IMG/VR virus record: IMGVR_UViG_3300022074_005559 | Origin: a virus | Lineage: Duplodnaviria; Caudoviricetes | DNA: 64,000 nt | Reading direction: 5' to 3' (one strand) | Shown here: piece after piece, positions 1-10,200 of the stretch | Position numbering within the stretch: position 1 is the stretch's first letter | How the letters are laid out: the number at the start of each line of letters is the position of its first letter | The notes under the pieces: generated by a model | Seen by the model: only the letters and a program-made list of their open reading frames with translations | Database searches by the model: none | What the model was told of the DNA's origin: nothing | Translations under genes and position numbers: made by a program

Positions 1-199
1 CAGTGTAGTCTTGTAGTTTTTGATAGCAAGCATCATATTGTTCTTGTGTGATTTCAATGTGTTGCCCTTGTGCAATCTTGTTTATTGTTATGTTAAGTAT
101 ACTACCATCTTCGGCAAAATACAATCTATACACAGTGCTCGTGCGTGTAGTATCTATAACCTGTGCAACATCAAAAAATGTGCTATAGTCCTTGCTCAT
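1..199 (-). CDS. Hypothetical protein, truncated by window edge (MSKDYSTFFDVAQV...)
   Basis: ATG at 199 overlaps the end of the upstream gene; frame open to position 1; absent from ORF track (no stop in window). Confidence 0.7.
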   Translation of the reverse strand, partial: MSKDYSTFFDVAQVIDTTRTSTVYRLYFAEDGSILNITINKIAQGQHIEITQEQYDACYQKLQDYT

Positions 200-992
200 A
201 TCTTTGTATTAACTCCTGTGTACAAAAATCTTTGTGAAAATAATGAAATGGTATTGTTTGTGCATATCCGTTGACACAAAAAATCATATCATCTGTTAGT
301 GCCCAGTGGCAAGCATCACGCCAGTCATCTGTGCTAAAGTTGTTTATGTGTTGCTTCATATGCGTAAATCTAGGATAATCTAGTGTAGGCACATGATATT
401 GGTCACTGCCAAGTTCTGTAGCTGCGATGCTCATGAAAACATCTGTATCGGCATATTCATGTCTACAGTTTTTAAGCACACTGTTCTTATATACATCAAA
501 GTTGCTGCGTACACGTTCGCATGTTTCAAAAAACTGTTTTGTTTCAACACAATGCCTAAAATACATAAATCCATTGTACGCACTTAGCAGATTGTTTTCC
601 TGCCACATCTTTCTGTGATGTATATCTTCTACTACTTCACCTCTATAGTTGCACACACTTGTTGTAAAGGTGACATTGCGAAGTCTTAGTCCTGCCCACC
701 AATGATCTATGTTACTGGTGATTAACATGTCACTTTCTACTTTTATCGTTTCTTTAAACGGAGTAAGTTCCCATGCTAGGCATTCGTTAGCAAACACAGG
801 CATAGTAGGAATGCTAATGACTTCATCAAATGCAGCTCGCATGTGTTCGGGTACTTCACAGTCTGTGACAACTGCAAATGTATTGATTTTACAGTAAGTC
901 TTGACACTGAGTGCAAGCAAGTATGCGCATTGCAAATACTGCGCACCTTGTGCAAAAGTCAAATAGCCTTGTTCACGAGTTTTTGGTCTCAT
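183..992 (-). CDS. Glycosyltransferase-like protein (GT-A-like)
   Basis: GYLTFAQ N-terminus, PFKETIKVESDMLI (DxD-like position), late HMK motif; start moved to ATG 992, which overlaps the upstream TGA (ATGA). Confidence 0.55.
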   Translation of the reverse strand: MRPKTREQGYLTFAQGAQYLQCAYLLALSVKTYCKINTFAVVTDCEVPEHMRAAFDEVISIPTMPVFANECLAWELTPFKETIKVESDMLITSNIDHWWAGLRLRNVTFTTSVCNYRGEVVEDIHHRKMWQENNLLSAYNGFMYFRHCVETKQFFETCERVRSNFDVYKNSVLKNCRHEYADTDVFMSIAATELGSDQYHVPTLDYPRFTHMKQHINNFSTDDWRDACHWALTDDMIFCVNGYAQTIPFHYFHKDFCTQELIQRYEQGL

Positions 993-1789
993 CCTATACT
1001 GTTCCAAAGTTTTGTATAAACATCTGTGTCTGCATCTAATATACTGCGTTTGTTCATTACATGCAAATCACCTTTGTACCTCAGTACATTATGACTGTCT
1101 TTGTGTTCGTACTTGCACAGCCAACGACCATTTGCGTAATCCAACACACTGTCACTACTGCTAAGTGCAGGCAGTGCATAGTCAAATGTTGCTGTGTTTG
1201 CATATCCGTTACATATTTGATGTGCAATACTCATTGCAAAGTCGTTGCGGAATGGTGCCTTACTAAATCCAAACAGTTCTGCATAGTAAGCATAGTTTTC
1301 ATACACCATCTTCCATGCATCAAATATACGCTTTGCGTGTTGTGACTTTTTAAAATACACAACTGTTGCCCAGCGCATACTAAAGCAGTTTTTTGTCATG
1401 TAAAGATCATGTCTAAATACATCGTTGCCTGATATATCCCAACTGAGGTTATGACAAATAAAATCATGCTTGCTACCAAAATAGTTAGCCAACGTATCAC
1501 ACTGGACAAAATAGTCACTGTCAATAAGTATTGTTTCATCAAACGGAGATATTGCGTAAGCATCAAAGCGTCCTATGTTGTTCCATTCTGTGCCTTCTAG
1601 TTCTCCACCGGGATAACGAAAAGTTCTAAAGTTTTTTTGCTTGGGTTGTATTGCTTCTATGTGAATAGGAACTTTTAAGTACCAGTTTGCAAGCCGACCA
1701 CACAGATGTGCCAAGCGTTCATAGTTAATCTGCGCACTTGGACTGTATAATATCAGTATGCCTCGTTTTTTTGTGCCTCTACGCACCAA
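989..1789 (-). CDS. Glycosyltransferase-like protein, paralogue of neighbour
   Basis: SPFDETILIDSDY (DxD), FRND..SIA, late HVMNK motif; start uncertain. Confidence 0.55.
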   Translation of the reverse strand: MVRRGTKKRGILILYSPSAQINYERLAHLCGRLANWYLKVPIHIEAIQPKQKNFRTFRYPGGELEGTEWNNIGRFDAYAISPFDETILIDSDYFVQCDTLANYFGSKHDFICHNLSWDISGNDVFRHDLYMTKNCFSMRWATVVYFKKSQHAKRIFDAWKMVYENYAYYAELFGFSKAPFRNDFAMSIAHQICNGYANTATFDYALPALSSSDSVLDYANGRWLCKYEHKDSHNVLRYKGDLHVMNKRSILDADTDVYTKLWNSIG

Positions 1790-2123
1790 CGTCTTTTACT
1801 CTGCGTTTTATCTTTAGTTCTTCGTATTCGTTGTACCAGTCGTTGTGTACTTCATTCCAACGTTCCTCGCACAAGCGCACTAGCTCAACAACATCTACTT
1901 TGATCGGAGTATCATAACTGTCAGGAAGTATGCATTCTGTGCTTTGCTGAAACAATCCTGCATTTGCATTTTTCATATACAAATAGTTAAGCAGTGTCAT
2001 ATCCACACGGAATAGACCACCATTGTATGTAACACTAAGACGTTGCTGTTGTTGTTCTTTGAGGGTTTGTTTTTGTCTATTGAGCTCGAATCGCTCTTTA
2101 GCGTAAGTTTCTAGGTTTTCCAT
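1779..2123 (-). CDS. Hypothetical protein, 114 aa (MENLETYAKERF...)
   Basis: ATG 2123 lies 7 nt after a consensus -10 box; the longer ORF-track start (2159) is the TTG of the -35 box. Confidence 0.75.
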   Translation of the reverse strand: MENLETYAKERFELNRQKQTLKEQQQQRLSVTYNGGLFRVDMTLLNYLYMKNANAGLFQQSTECILPDSYDTPIKVDVVELVRLCEERWNEVHNDWYNEYEELKIKRRVKDVGA

Positions 2124-2130
2124 ACTTGAT

Positions 2131-2159
2131 ATTATAACAGGACCCGTAGGTCCTGTCAA
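2131..2159 (-). promoter_or_regulatory. Consensus sigma70 promoter TTGACA-N17-TATAAT superimposed on an 8-bp hairpin
   Basis: Minus strand reads TTGACAGGACCTACGGGTCCTGTTATAAT. Confidence 0.85.
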
Positions 2160-2183
2160 TGTTTTTATTTACTAGGTTAGTTA

Positions 2184-3086
2184 TTAACTACCTGTTGCTG
2201 TGCCTGTTACAGTGATTGTGCCACCGTTGTCCGCAACATAAGTTGTGTCATGCTTTTCATAACCAAATGTCATTCTATGTGTACCTTCAACACGGTCTTG
2301 GTTAGTATAGATTGACTTGTTCCAACTACTATCAGCCGCCGCATCAACCCATATACAACTTGCTTCAACACTTGCACCACTGTCCTGTGTGCGTAGTTGC
2401 CACTGTATATAGTTTGCTGTATACGGACCAGTATCTTCGTACTGCTTTAATACTGTTACATATGAACTTGTTAGGTCATAGTAGCCTTTGTCAGTTTCGT
2501 TTGTACTCGGTGAGCCTGAGCCGCCACTCTTGCCTGATGCTTGTGCAGTTACCTGATATGTGCCTGCTTCTGTAAGCAAGTTTGCCCACTGGTTGCCTTT
2601 ACTGTCCGAACCGTGTCCACTTTGTGTACCACTAATACTTAGACGTCCGCCTGCGTTGAAGAAGTAACGAGCTTGGTTTTCACTACCCCATGCCCACTTG
2701 TGAGTAAATGTAAGTGTGCCTGTAAATGTGTTTGTGTTATCTCTGTTTGTGTTCGCTGCTGCTTGACGTGTTGCCGGTGTAAGTCTATTTGTATCAATAG
2801 TGGCAATGTTCGTGCTCAGTGCAGTGTATGCACTAATAACATCTGCAGCACTTGGATTCGAGATAGCAGTAATAGTTGATCCTTGATGATCTTTCATACT
2901 GTTAATACGAGTTAATAGTGTTGTCCACTGAGTAGCAGTAATAGTAGCACCAGCACTTACACTACTAACCGTTGTTGATTCTCCATAGCCACGATCACTT
3001 GTCCCAGTACCCCATAGTGCATTTACACTAGTAGCAAAATCATTATAGTGATCATCGAGGATAGTATCGCCAGTTGCGTATGCCAT
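2184..3086 (-). CDS. Virion structural protein (Ser/Thr/Gly-rich, fibre/baseplate associated)
   Basis: 300-aa ORF, GGAG SD, composition and position in structural operon. Confidence 0.65.
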   Translation of the reverse strand: MAYATGDTILDDHYNDFATSVNALWGTGTSDRGYGESTTVSSVSAGATITATQWTTLLTRINSMKDHQGSTITAISNPSAADVISAYTALSTNIATIDTNRLTPATRQAAANTNRDNTNTFTGTLTFTHKWAWGSENQARYFFNAGGRLSISGTQSGHGSDSKGNQWANLLTEAGTYQVTAQASGKSGGSGSPSTNETDKGYYDLTSSYVTVLKQYEDTGPYTANYIQWQLRTQDSGASVEASCIWVDAAADSSWNKSIYTNQDRVEGTHRMTFGYEKHDTTYVADNGGTITVTGTATGS

Positions 3087-3101
3087 TTATTATTTCTCCG
3101 A

Positions 3102-4556
3102 TTAGTTAATAGTCACAAAGGCTTCAACTGTGCCTTCTTCTATTGTTGTTTTAGTTTGGATGGCTCTTCCGATAACATTGAATGCGTTGATTGATTCATC
3201 TTCGCTAGCTGCTCTTGCAAGTCCGTTGCCTGCACTAACAAGTCTATCACCTTTATTTACCATTCCAAGAACTCTTACAGGAACACGACCTGCGACCGCT
3301 ACTGGAGCGCCGCCTGTTTGCGCACTGTTCATTAGGTATGCTGGTCTATCACTAATAACACCAAATACTTTGTTTGAAAGTTCATCATTTACTGCTGTAA
3401 TCTCTTCTGCACCACCTAGTGCAACTACTGTGCCCGGTGCATAACTGTTATCTGGACGGAAGTTTTCTGCCAAGTCAGCGTATTGTGCAGCACTTGCTGT
3501 ACCGTTAAATGTTGTTGCAAACACTTCGTTGATTCTGTTGCCACTGCTACCAAAGTCTACTGTACCACTAACAAGAATGTCTCCTGACATTGTACCACCA
3601 GTTACTAGTAAGCCGCCGCTTCCTGACACTGAACTATCAACATATGCCTTTGTTGCAGCATGTAGGTTGTCTGTTGGTGCACCTGCTAGACTTACACGGC
3701 TTGTTGCGCCATCTACTGTTAGTGCAGTAGTTGTTACACCACCGTCATTAACCTTAATAAGAATATCACCATCTGATGTTGTATTTGCAATACTGATATC
3801 ACTGCCACTTACACCAACTGTGAAGTCACTGTCAACACCAACAACTAGACCTGTGTCATTTAGTACACTAAGCACACCACTTGTTGAATCACTAGCGTTA
3901 CTGCGCAAATAGTTTGCAGCCGCTACGCCACCAAGTGCATCTGAATCTGTTGCTGTACCTTGAAACTTGTTACCTGTGATTGCGGTTGAAAGTTGAATAC
4001 CTGGCTTAATAGTAGCAAAACCTGACAATGCACTCTGCGGAGTAAATGTTGCATCTTTGCTTACTGTGCCAACTAGTGTGTTATTTGTAAACAGTTTCAC
4101 AACAACGTGGTCTGTTGCACCACTGTCTGTTACTGTTTCAACAATAGCACCTGAAGTACCTGTACCTGAAGTAAATGATGGACCAATAGTTGTAAAACTT
4201 GATCCGTTGTAAACTTTCAACTGTCCGTTTGTTGTATCCCACCAAAGGTCACCAGTAACACTACTGCTAGGAGTACTTGCACTTGCTGTACTACTACTAA
4301 CAGTTTTAAATGTTGTGCCGTTATAAACTTTAAGTAGGTTGTTTGTTTTATCCCACCACATTTGACCTGCTAGTGGTGAACTAGGTGCTGAAGTGTTAGC
4401 AAAGTTTTCGAGAAGTTTTACTAAGTTCTCGTTGAAAAACTCGCCGTAACCAGCATAGTTCTTACCAATAAGTGTAAGGTCTGTGGTTGTATCAATAGTA
4501 CCGTCTGCTACTGTGCTTAGAATAGTACCGTCGGTTTTATTAACTGTATAAGCCAT
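3102..4556 (-). CDS. Tail-fibre-like protein with C-terminal chaperone/auto-cleavage-like domain
   Basis: MAYTVNKTDG...LTLIGKNYAGYGE N-terminus, HAATKAYVD motif, C-terminal AQYADLAE..PGTVV..GRVPV domain; GGAG SD. Confidence 0.7.
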   Translation of the reverse strand: MAYTVNKTDGTILSTVADGTIDTTTDLTLIGKNYAGYGEFFNENLVKLLENFANTSAPSSPLAGQMWWDKTNNLLKVYNGTTFKTVSSSTASASTPSSSVTGDLWWDTTNGQLKVYNGSSFTTIGPSFTSGTGTSGAIVETVTDSGATDHVVVKLFTNNTLVGTVSKDATFTPQSALSGFATIKPGIQLSTAITGNKFQGTATDSDALGGVAAANYLRSNASDSTSGVLSVLNDTGLVVGVDSDFTVGVSGSDISIANTTSDGDILIKVNDGGVTTTALTVDGATSRVSLAGAPTDNLHAATKAYVDSSVSGSGGLLVTGGTMSGDILVSGTVDFGSSGNRINEVFATTFNGTASAAQYADLAENFRPDNSYAPGTVVALGGAEEITAVNDELSNKVFGVISDRPAYLMNSAQTGGAPVAVAGRVPVRVLGMVNKGDRLVSAGNGLARAASEDESINAFNVIGRAIQTKTTIEEGTVEAFVTIN

Positions 4557-4588
4557 TTCTTATTTGCTCCGCATATATTCGTTAGTAT

Positions 4589-4595
4589 TATTTAT
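4589..4595 (-). promoter_or_regulatory. Late promoter ATAAATA
   Basis: T4 late-box-like motif (TATAAATA) in the intergenic gap upstream of 4556. Confidence 0.65.
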
Positions 4596-4616
4596 CCAAA
4601 TGATTAACTATGTATA

Positions 4617-5279
4617 TTATATACTGCTCAAGTTAGTCAAAGTTTGGATTCTAACTGTATAATCAATCTGTATAAGTCTGTTAAGACTTTTTTGTACCGG
4701 GTGAAATACAACATGTGTTAGTAGTTTGCCCGTGTTAACTGTGCCTGTCCATGAACGTAAGCCCAGTTCGTCGAATGTGTATGTGTCGTTGAAGTTACTA
4801 GTGTTGTCAAACGCCGCTTGGCTGTTTGGCTCACCGTAATCAAGCAAACAACTTACAACAATATCTGTGTAAATCTCACCTGCAGTATGACTTACTGTAA
4901 GTTTGTTTCTAGCAGTGTCTGTGTTCAAACTACTGTTATCATCTACAACTTTATAGTATGTTTGGTTGTAAAGGTTAGCGTTTGCTCCGCTGCTGTTTGC
5001 AGGTAGATATGTAATAACACCTGTTGGGTCAACACTTGTGCCGCCATTACCAAATGCCATTTCATGTATAAACCCGTTTGTTTTATTTGCTACGCTGAGT
5101 GCAAGTGCTTCACTCATGTTTTCGTAGTGAATTGCATTGCGCTTGTTTACATAATCTTCACCTGTCTCTGGATCAAAAATACGAATATGACCTTCCATCA
5201 TAACGCCACTAGTATCTTTAATAGCACTTTCAGGCTGTTGTGGTTGTTCAATATCTTTTTTCATGTCTTTCTTTTCCAT
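4617..5279 (-). CDS. Structural protein (baseplate/fibre attachment-like)
   Basis: 220-aa ORF; GHIRIFD, EMAFGNGG, FDELGL, LLTHVVFHPVQKS..IQIDYTVRI motifs. Confidence 0.6.
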   Translation of the reverse strand: MEKKDMKKDIEQPQQPESAIKDTSGVMMEGHIRIFDPETGEDYVNKRNAIHYENMSEALALSVANKTNGFIHEMAFGNGGTSVDPTGVITYLPANSSGANANLYNQTYYKVVDDNSSLNTDTARNKLTVSHTAGEIYTDIVVSCLLDYGEPNSQAAFDNTSNFNDTYTFDELGLRSWTGTVNTGKLLTHVVFHPVQKSLNRLIQIDYTVRIQTLTNLSSI

Positions 5280-5282
5280 AGT

Positions 5283-7232
5283 TTATACCTTAAGTAAACA
5301 TTCTACACTCTTTTCGTCTAAATCGCTATTTGTTTCTAATGCGATTCCAACGATTGGACCTTGTCCGTTTGCACTTGCTTTGCCGTGGTATGTTGCAAAT
5401 ACTGCCTCACCCTTATTTATGGACCCTACAACACGCACTGGTACACGACCTACTAGGGCAACTGCTTCGCCGTCTACTGCACTGTTCATCAAGTATGCTG
5501 GTGCAGTTGAGATAACACCTGCTAGATATTGTGCATCCGGTCCTGCTGTAGTAATCTCTGCTTCGCCGCCAACTACAACTACTGTACCTGGTACTAGTTC
5601 TTTATCTGCTACATAAATCTCTGCCAAGTCAGCATACTGTGCGCTTGTTGCTATACCTTGAAACTCTGTTGCACTTACGTTGCCTATTACAGCAACTTTA
5701 CCTGTGCCTGCAGGATCTAGTACAATATCATCGTTGGTTCTACTGCTTGTTATGTTATTGTCAACAATAGTCAAACCATCTGTGGTAAATGTGTCAGCGT
5801 CTATAGTGCCACTACTTGTTAAACTTGTAAGCGTACCAACACTGGTAATATTTGCTTGTGCCGCTGTTTGTAGTGTGCCTGCTACACTTGTTGCTTCTAG
5901 TGTGTGCAACTGTAGTGTGCTTGCACTTGCGCCACTGATGTCCATTGTAATGTTGCCAGTGTCTGCGGCTGTGTTTGTTGTAGTACCTACTACAAACTTA
6001 TCAGTACTTTCATCAAAAATGATTGCAGCGTTTGCACCTGTAGTGCCACGCTCCATAATCAAGCCTAGATCGTTTGTGTTAGGATTAGCACCTAAACTGT
6101 TTTGCAATCCAATCAGTGCATCGTCCACTTGTAGTGTCGCAGTGTTTATTGTAGTGGTTGTTCCGCTAACTGTCAAGTTTCCTGTAACAGTAAAATCACC
6201 CCCAGCAGTAAGATCTCCTGCCACATCTACGTTTGTTGGCAAACCAATACTTACTTGGTTGTCGGTTACTGTTGTTTCTACTTCGTTTGCTGTGCCTGCA
6301 AATGTCAATGTGTCTGAACCAACAGTTACGTTGTCAGTTGCACTACCGTCGCTGATTGTTAGCGTTGTACTTAAACTACTTACTTCGCCATCCACATATG
6401 CTTTTGTTGCGGCATCTGTACCAGAGACTGGAGTGCCTAGTCCTGTAACTTTGTTTGTACCCATTGCAAGATTGCCACTCATTGTGCCGCCTGCGTCTGC
6501 AACAAAGTTAGTGTCTACATAGTTTTTAGTGGCTGCATCTTGTGCGCCACTTGGATCACTTACACTAACAATGCGCTGTGTGCCCATGTTAAGAGCGCCG
6601 CTCATAGTACCGCCTGCTAGTGGCAAGAAGTCATCAACATAGTTTTTAGTAGCGGCATCTTGTGCGTTGGTTGGATCTACAACATTAATAATCTTTTGTG
6701 TGTTATTATTAACATCTGCACTTGGAGCAAATGTAAGGGTAATATCATTTGTGTTCTCTGTAGCAACAATAGGTGCTGTGCCAATAATGCGTCTAAACTG
6801 TAGATCCTGTCCAACTTTACTGCTGAACACTTGTGCGCCAGTTGACCCCAGATTGTTACCATTGTTTGCTTCACCGCCGCCTAATCCAGGAGGTGCAGCA
6901 CTAACCCAACTATCCCCATCCCATGTTAACACATGGTTAGTAGTTGGTGTACCGCTGTAGTCAACGTTGCTTAAATCTGTAATATCTGCGGCTGCAATAC
7001 GAGCATCTGCTCTAGTATTTGTGTAGTAAAGGTTGGTGCTGCCCTCGCCAATATCATCGGTATCAAGTGTTACTGCTCCACTACTTGGTGTGTTACTATT
7101 AATGCTCTTGACAACGCTATTGTCCAGTGTGCTTTTATTTGCTGTTACACGAGTGTCTAGATCGGTAAAGTTTCCATCTAGTTCTGCATGTGTAAGCGCC
7201 TGGCTCTTATTGCCTCTAAGTGTTATTGCCAT
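5283..7232 (-). CDS. Tail-fibre-like protein, 649 aa
   Basis: LRGNKSQALTHAELDGNF N-terminal fibre motif, three DAATK[NA]YVD repeats, C-terminal AQYADLAE domain. Confidence 0.75.
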   Translation of the reverse strand: MAITLRGNKSQALTHAELDGNFTDLDTRVTANKSTLDNSVVKSINSNTPSSGAVTLDTDDIGEGSTNLYYTNTRADARIAAADITDLSNVDYSGTPTTNHVLTWDGDSWVSAAPPGLGGGEANNGNNLGSTGAQVFSSKVGQDLQFRRIIGTAPIVATENTNDITLTFAPSADVNNNTQKIINVVDPTNAQDAATKNYVDDFLPLAGGTMSGALNMGTQRIVSVSDPSGAQDAATKNYVDTNFVADAGGTMSGNLAMGTNKVTGLGTPVSGTDAATKAYVDGEVSSLSTTLTISDGSATDNVTVGSDTLTFAGTANEVETTVTDNQVSIGLPTNVDVAGDLTAGGDFTVTGNLTVSGTTTTINTATLQVDDALIGLQNSLGANPNTNDLGLIMERGTTGANAAIIFDESTDKFVVGTTTNTAADTGNITMDISGASASTLQLHTLEATSVAGTLQTAAQANITSVGTLTSLTSSGTIDADTFTTDGLTIVDNNITSSRTNDDIVLDPAGTGKVAVIGNVSATEFQGIATSAQYADLAEIYVADKELVPGTVVVVGGEAEITTAGPDAQYLAGVISTAPAYLMNSAVDGEAVALVGRVPVRVVGSINKGEAVFATYHGKASANGQGPIVGIALETNSDLDEKSVECLLKV

Positions 7233-7253
7233 TCTTTAAACTCCGCGATGTTA

Positions 7254-7260
7254 TATTTAT
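7254..7260 (-). promoter_or_regulatory. Late promoter ATAAATA
   Basis: Motif upstream of GGAG SD and ATG 7232. Confidence 0.65.
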
Positions 7261-7266
7261 CGTTCA

Positions 7267-10200
7267 TTATAAGAGCTCTTCTACATAATCATCTTCTACA
7301 TAGTCTGCTACCATGTAAAGTTTTTCATTAAGTTCAAGTCTATAGTTAGGTACTTGTGCTTCTTTCTCTCTCAAGAAGTTTGCATTTGTAGTTGTGCTTT
7401 GTTGTAGTCCAAGCCCATCTGCGGCTGTGCTTTCACCTAAGTCATACCATGTCTTAGTGTGTGTATTATTGTCAGGCAAGTATTGATCTCTACTACCATC
7501 AACAACTAAAAACCCTGGGGCAATGCTAGTGTAGATTTGTGTACCTGCTGTACCTCGACGCAATCCACTTATATAGTTGTCATCTCTGCTTACCACTGTA
7601 TATGTTACACGTTCGTTGCCAATAAACACAACACCTGGATGTTCACTACTAGCAGTAACAAAAGGCAGTTTACTTACATCGTCTACATAAATCTTAGTGT
7701 CGCCTTTATCCACTGTTTCTGTAGTGAATGTGGTTGCATCTTTTGCAAGTCTTAGATATTCAACTTCGCCATTCATGTCTTGGAAGATTCTAAAGCCTGT
7801 GCTTGGCTGGATTCTATTTTCACTGATGTGTGTAATGACTACAACACTTGTGCCGTCAATGGCATCACGCTGTGCAGTACTCATAATCAAATCTGTACCA
7901 CTTACTTCATAGTCTCCAGGGTGCAGTCTGACGCCATCTACAGTTACCCAGAAGTTATTAACATTAGTAACAGTTCTATCAAGACTATATGTACCTGTAA
8001 TACCTGTAGTTGATTCTCTATCAAATCCTCCACTATCAAACAAAACTTCATCAAAAGCATCTTCAGTAACAATACTTCCTGTGCCTTTACCAACATGTAC
8101 TTTTGTTTGAATACGCACTGGATCATGATTTGCAAATGTTGTCACTCTTAATACACTACTGCTATTGAATGTAACATCACCAGCAATAGTAATCTGGTCG
8201 CCTGCGCCATCAATAAAGTATTCAGCGTCTGTTGTATTATAAACAATCACTGTATCACCATCTGCAGGTGCAGTGTTTAGTGTTACAAAATCATCACCGT
8301 TTACAATAGTATAATCTTGGTCTTTGATCATGTTTGTTGTTTGATTGTCGCTCTTTTTAATAAGTGCAACACCAAAGTTATTAAAGTTACCGATAGTGGT
8401 TTCACCACTAGTAGTACTAATAGCAAACTGGGTAGTACTGCCATCGCCTGTGTGATACTTACTGTTAGCAGGGCGTAGTCTAACACCATCTAAGTCTACA
8501 ACTACATTTGCACTAAACGGTTGTGCATAGTTGACTGTGTTATCAAGGTCATATGTGCTAGTGCCTGCTGTTAGGTTAACAGTTTGTAATGCTACTTTGC
8601 TTGGAGCATCTCTGCCTTCTGCTTGATTATACACAGTAACATGAATGTGTGCACCATTCACCGGTATGTTAGTTGCAGGAAACTTAATAACACTTCTAGC
8701 GTCTTGACTACCAACTGATATTGTAGTTTCTACACCGTCGACATATACTAAAGTTTGCTGAGTAACATCAGGAGTGTTTGCTAACACAAAGTTCGCTGTG
8801 CTGCCATCACCTGTAAATGTATATTCGCCTACAATCTTTTCACCAGTTACTCCATATGCATAAATGTGTAGAACATCTGTACCACTTAGTGGTGTGGCTA
8901 ATATAACATTTTTATTATTAAAGTCTATTGTAAAGTCATATACTCTTGTTGTATTTTTATAAACTAAAATGTATTCAAAATCATCAGCACTTTTTGCAGG
9001 ATCGCCATAACTGAATACTGATCTATCGCCATCTGTGTAACTGATGTAGTTTATTACAGGTGCATTGCCGTCTTTTTCATAGTCCTGACTTGCATGTGTG
9101 TATACTTCCATGTCCAGTGTATCGTAAACTCTGCCTGGAACTAGTTCTTCTGGAGCGTGACTGTTGTAAGTATCTACAAACTTACCGCCGTCTACATTAA
9201 TATCTTCTGGTCGTGTACCTAGTGCTAGATCCGTAAACAAACTACTGATGTTTGTATCAATCAATCCACCAAGCACTTCTAGTCCATCTTCGTCTGTTTC
9301 AAGTGCATCAAACGCTACAGTATCAAAGTTACCGCTATCAAAACCTGGATTTTGATCAAACCCTGCACCAAGAACTTTGTTACCTAAGTAACCTGTGCCT
9401 TTTTGTAGCAGTTCTAGATCATCACCGATCATGCCAGTTGTTGGATAATAATATGCAGCTATCCTGTCTGCTGTATTAGTAAAGTCAGCATCTGCTTTTA
9501 CTGTAAGCACTGTAATACCGCTGGCATTTTCAACACTGAATGTTGTGCCACTTGTAAATGTTTGTGCTACAGTATAAACTTCTTGAGTTTTAGTTTTTGT
9601 ATTTTGATATGCAACAATGTCACCTGCGGTGTATGCAGTGTTTGCTGCCCAGTCTTTGATGCTACTACTGTAGGTAATACGGTCAAACTTAATAGTTGTG
9701 TCAAAACTTCTTGTGGTAGAGTTTGTAAGTCTAGGGCTTACAATACATCCTGTGCCACTGCCTGTAATAGTAATCGTTGGATTTTGTGTATACCCACTGC
9801 CTTTGTTTGTAACAGTAATGCTTACAATAGTGTCTCCATTTGACTTTGCTGTAGCAACTGCTTGTATTCCGCCTGCAAGTTGAGGAGCACTTATTGTCAC
9901 TATTGGATCATCAATATATCCACTACCTGCATTTACAAGTACAATATCGTCTAGTCTATAACCATAGTTTTCGCCCCATGGCTTGTTAAGTCCTTGTGTA
10001 CGAGTAATCTCATCACCTGCATATTCACCACTTGGCTTACGGAAATATCCTAGGTCTTCATCATAGAAAGGATGAATATCAAAGTCTGTTGTATCGCCTT
10101 CAAAAGGATCTATCTTATCATATTTGCTGATATATTCACGGATCTTTGTTTTGTATGGTTTTACTTCTTCAATGAAATCTTCAATAAAGTTTGTGTTGTC

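Noticed and set aside
5680-6522. Long antisense ORFs (also 40295-41011, 41528-42337, 60239-60952, 63121-63828)
   Set aside because: Shadows of codon-biased Thr/Ala/Gly-rich genes; no SD or motifs
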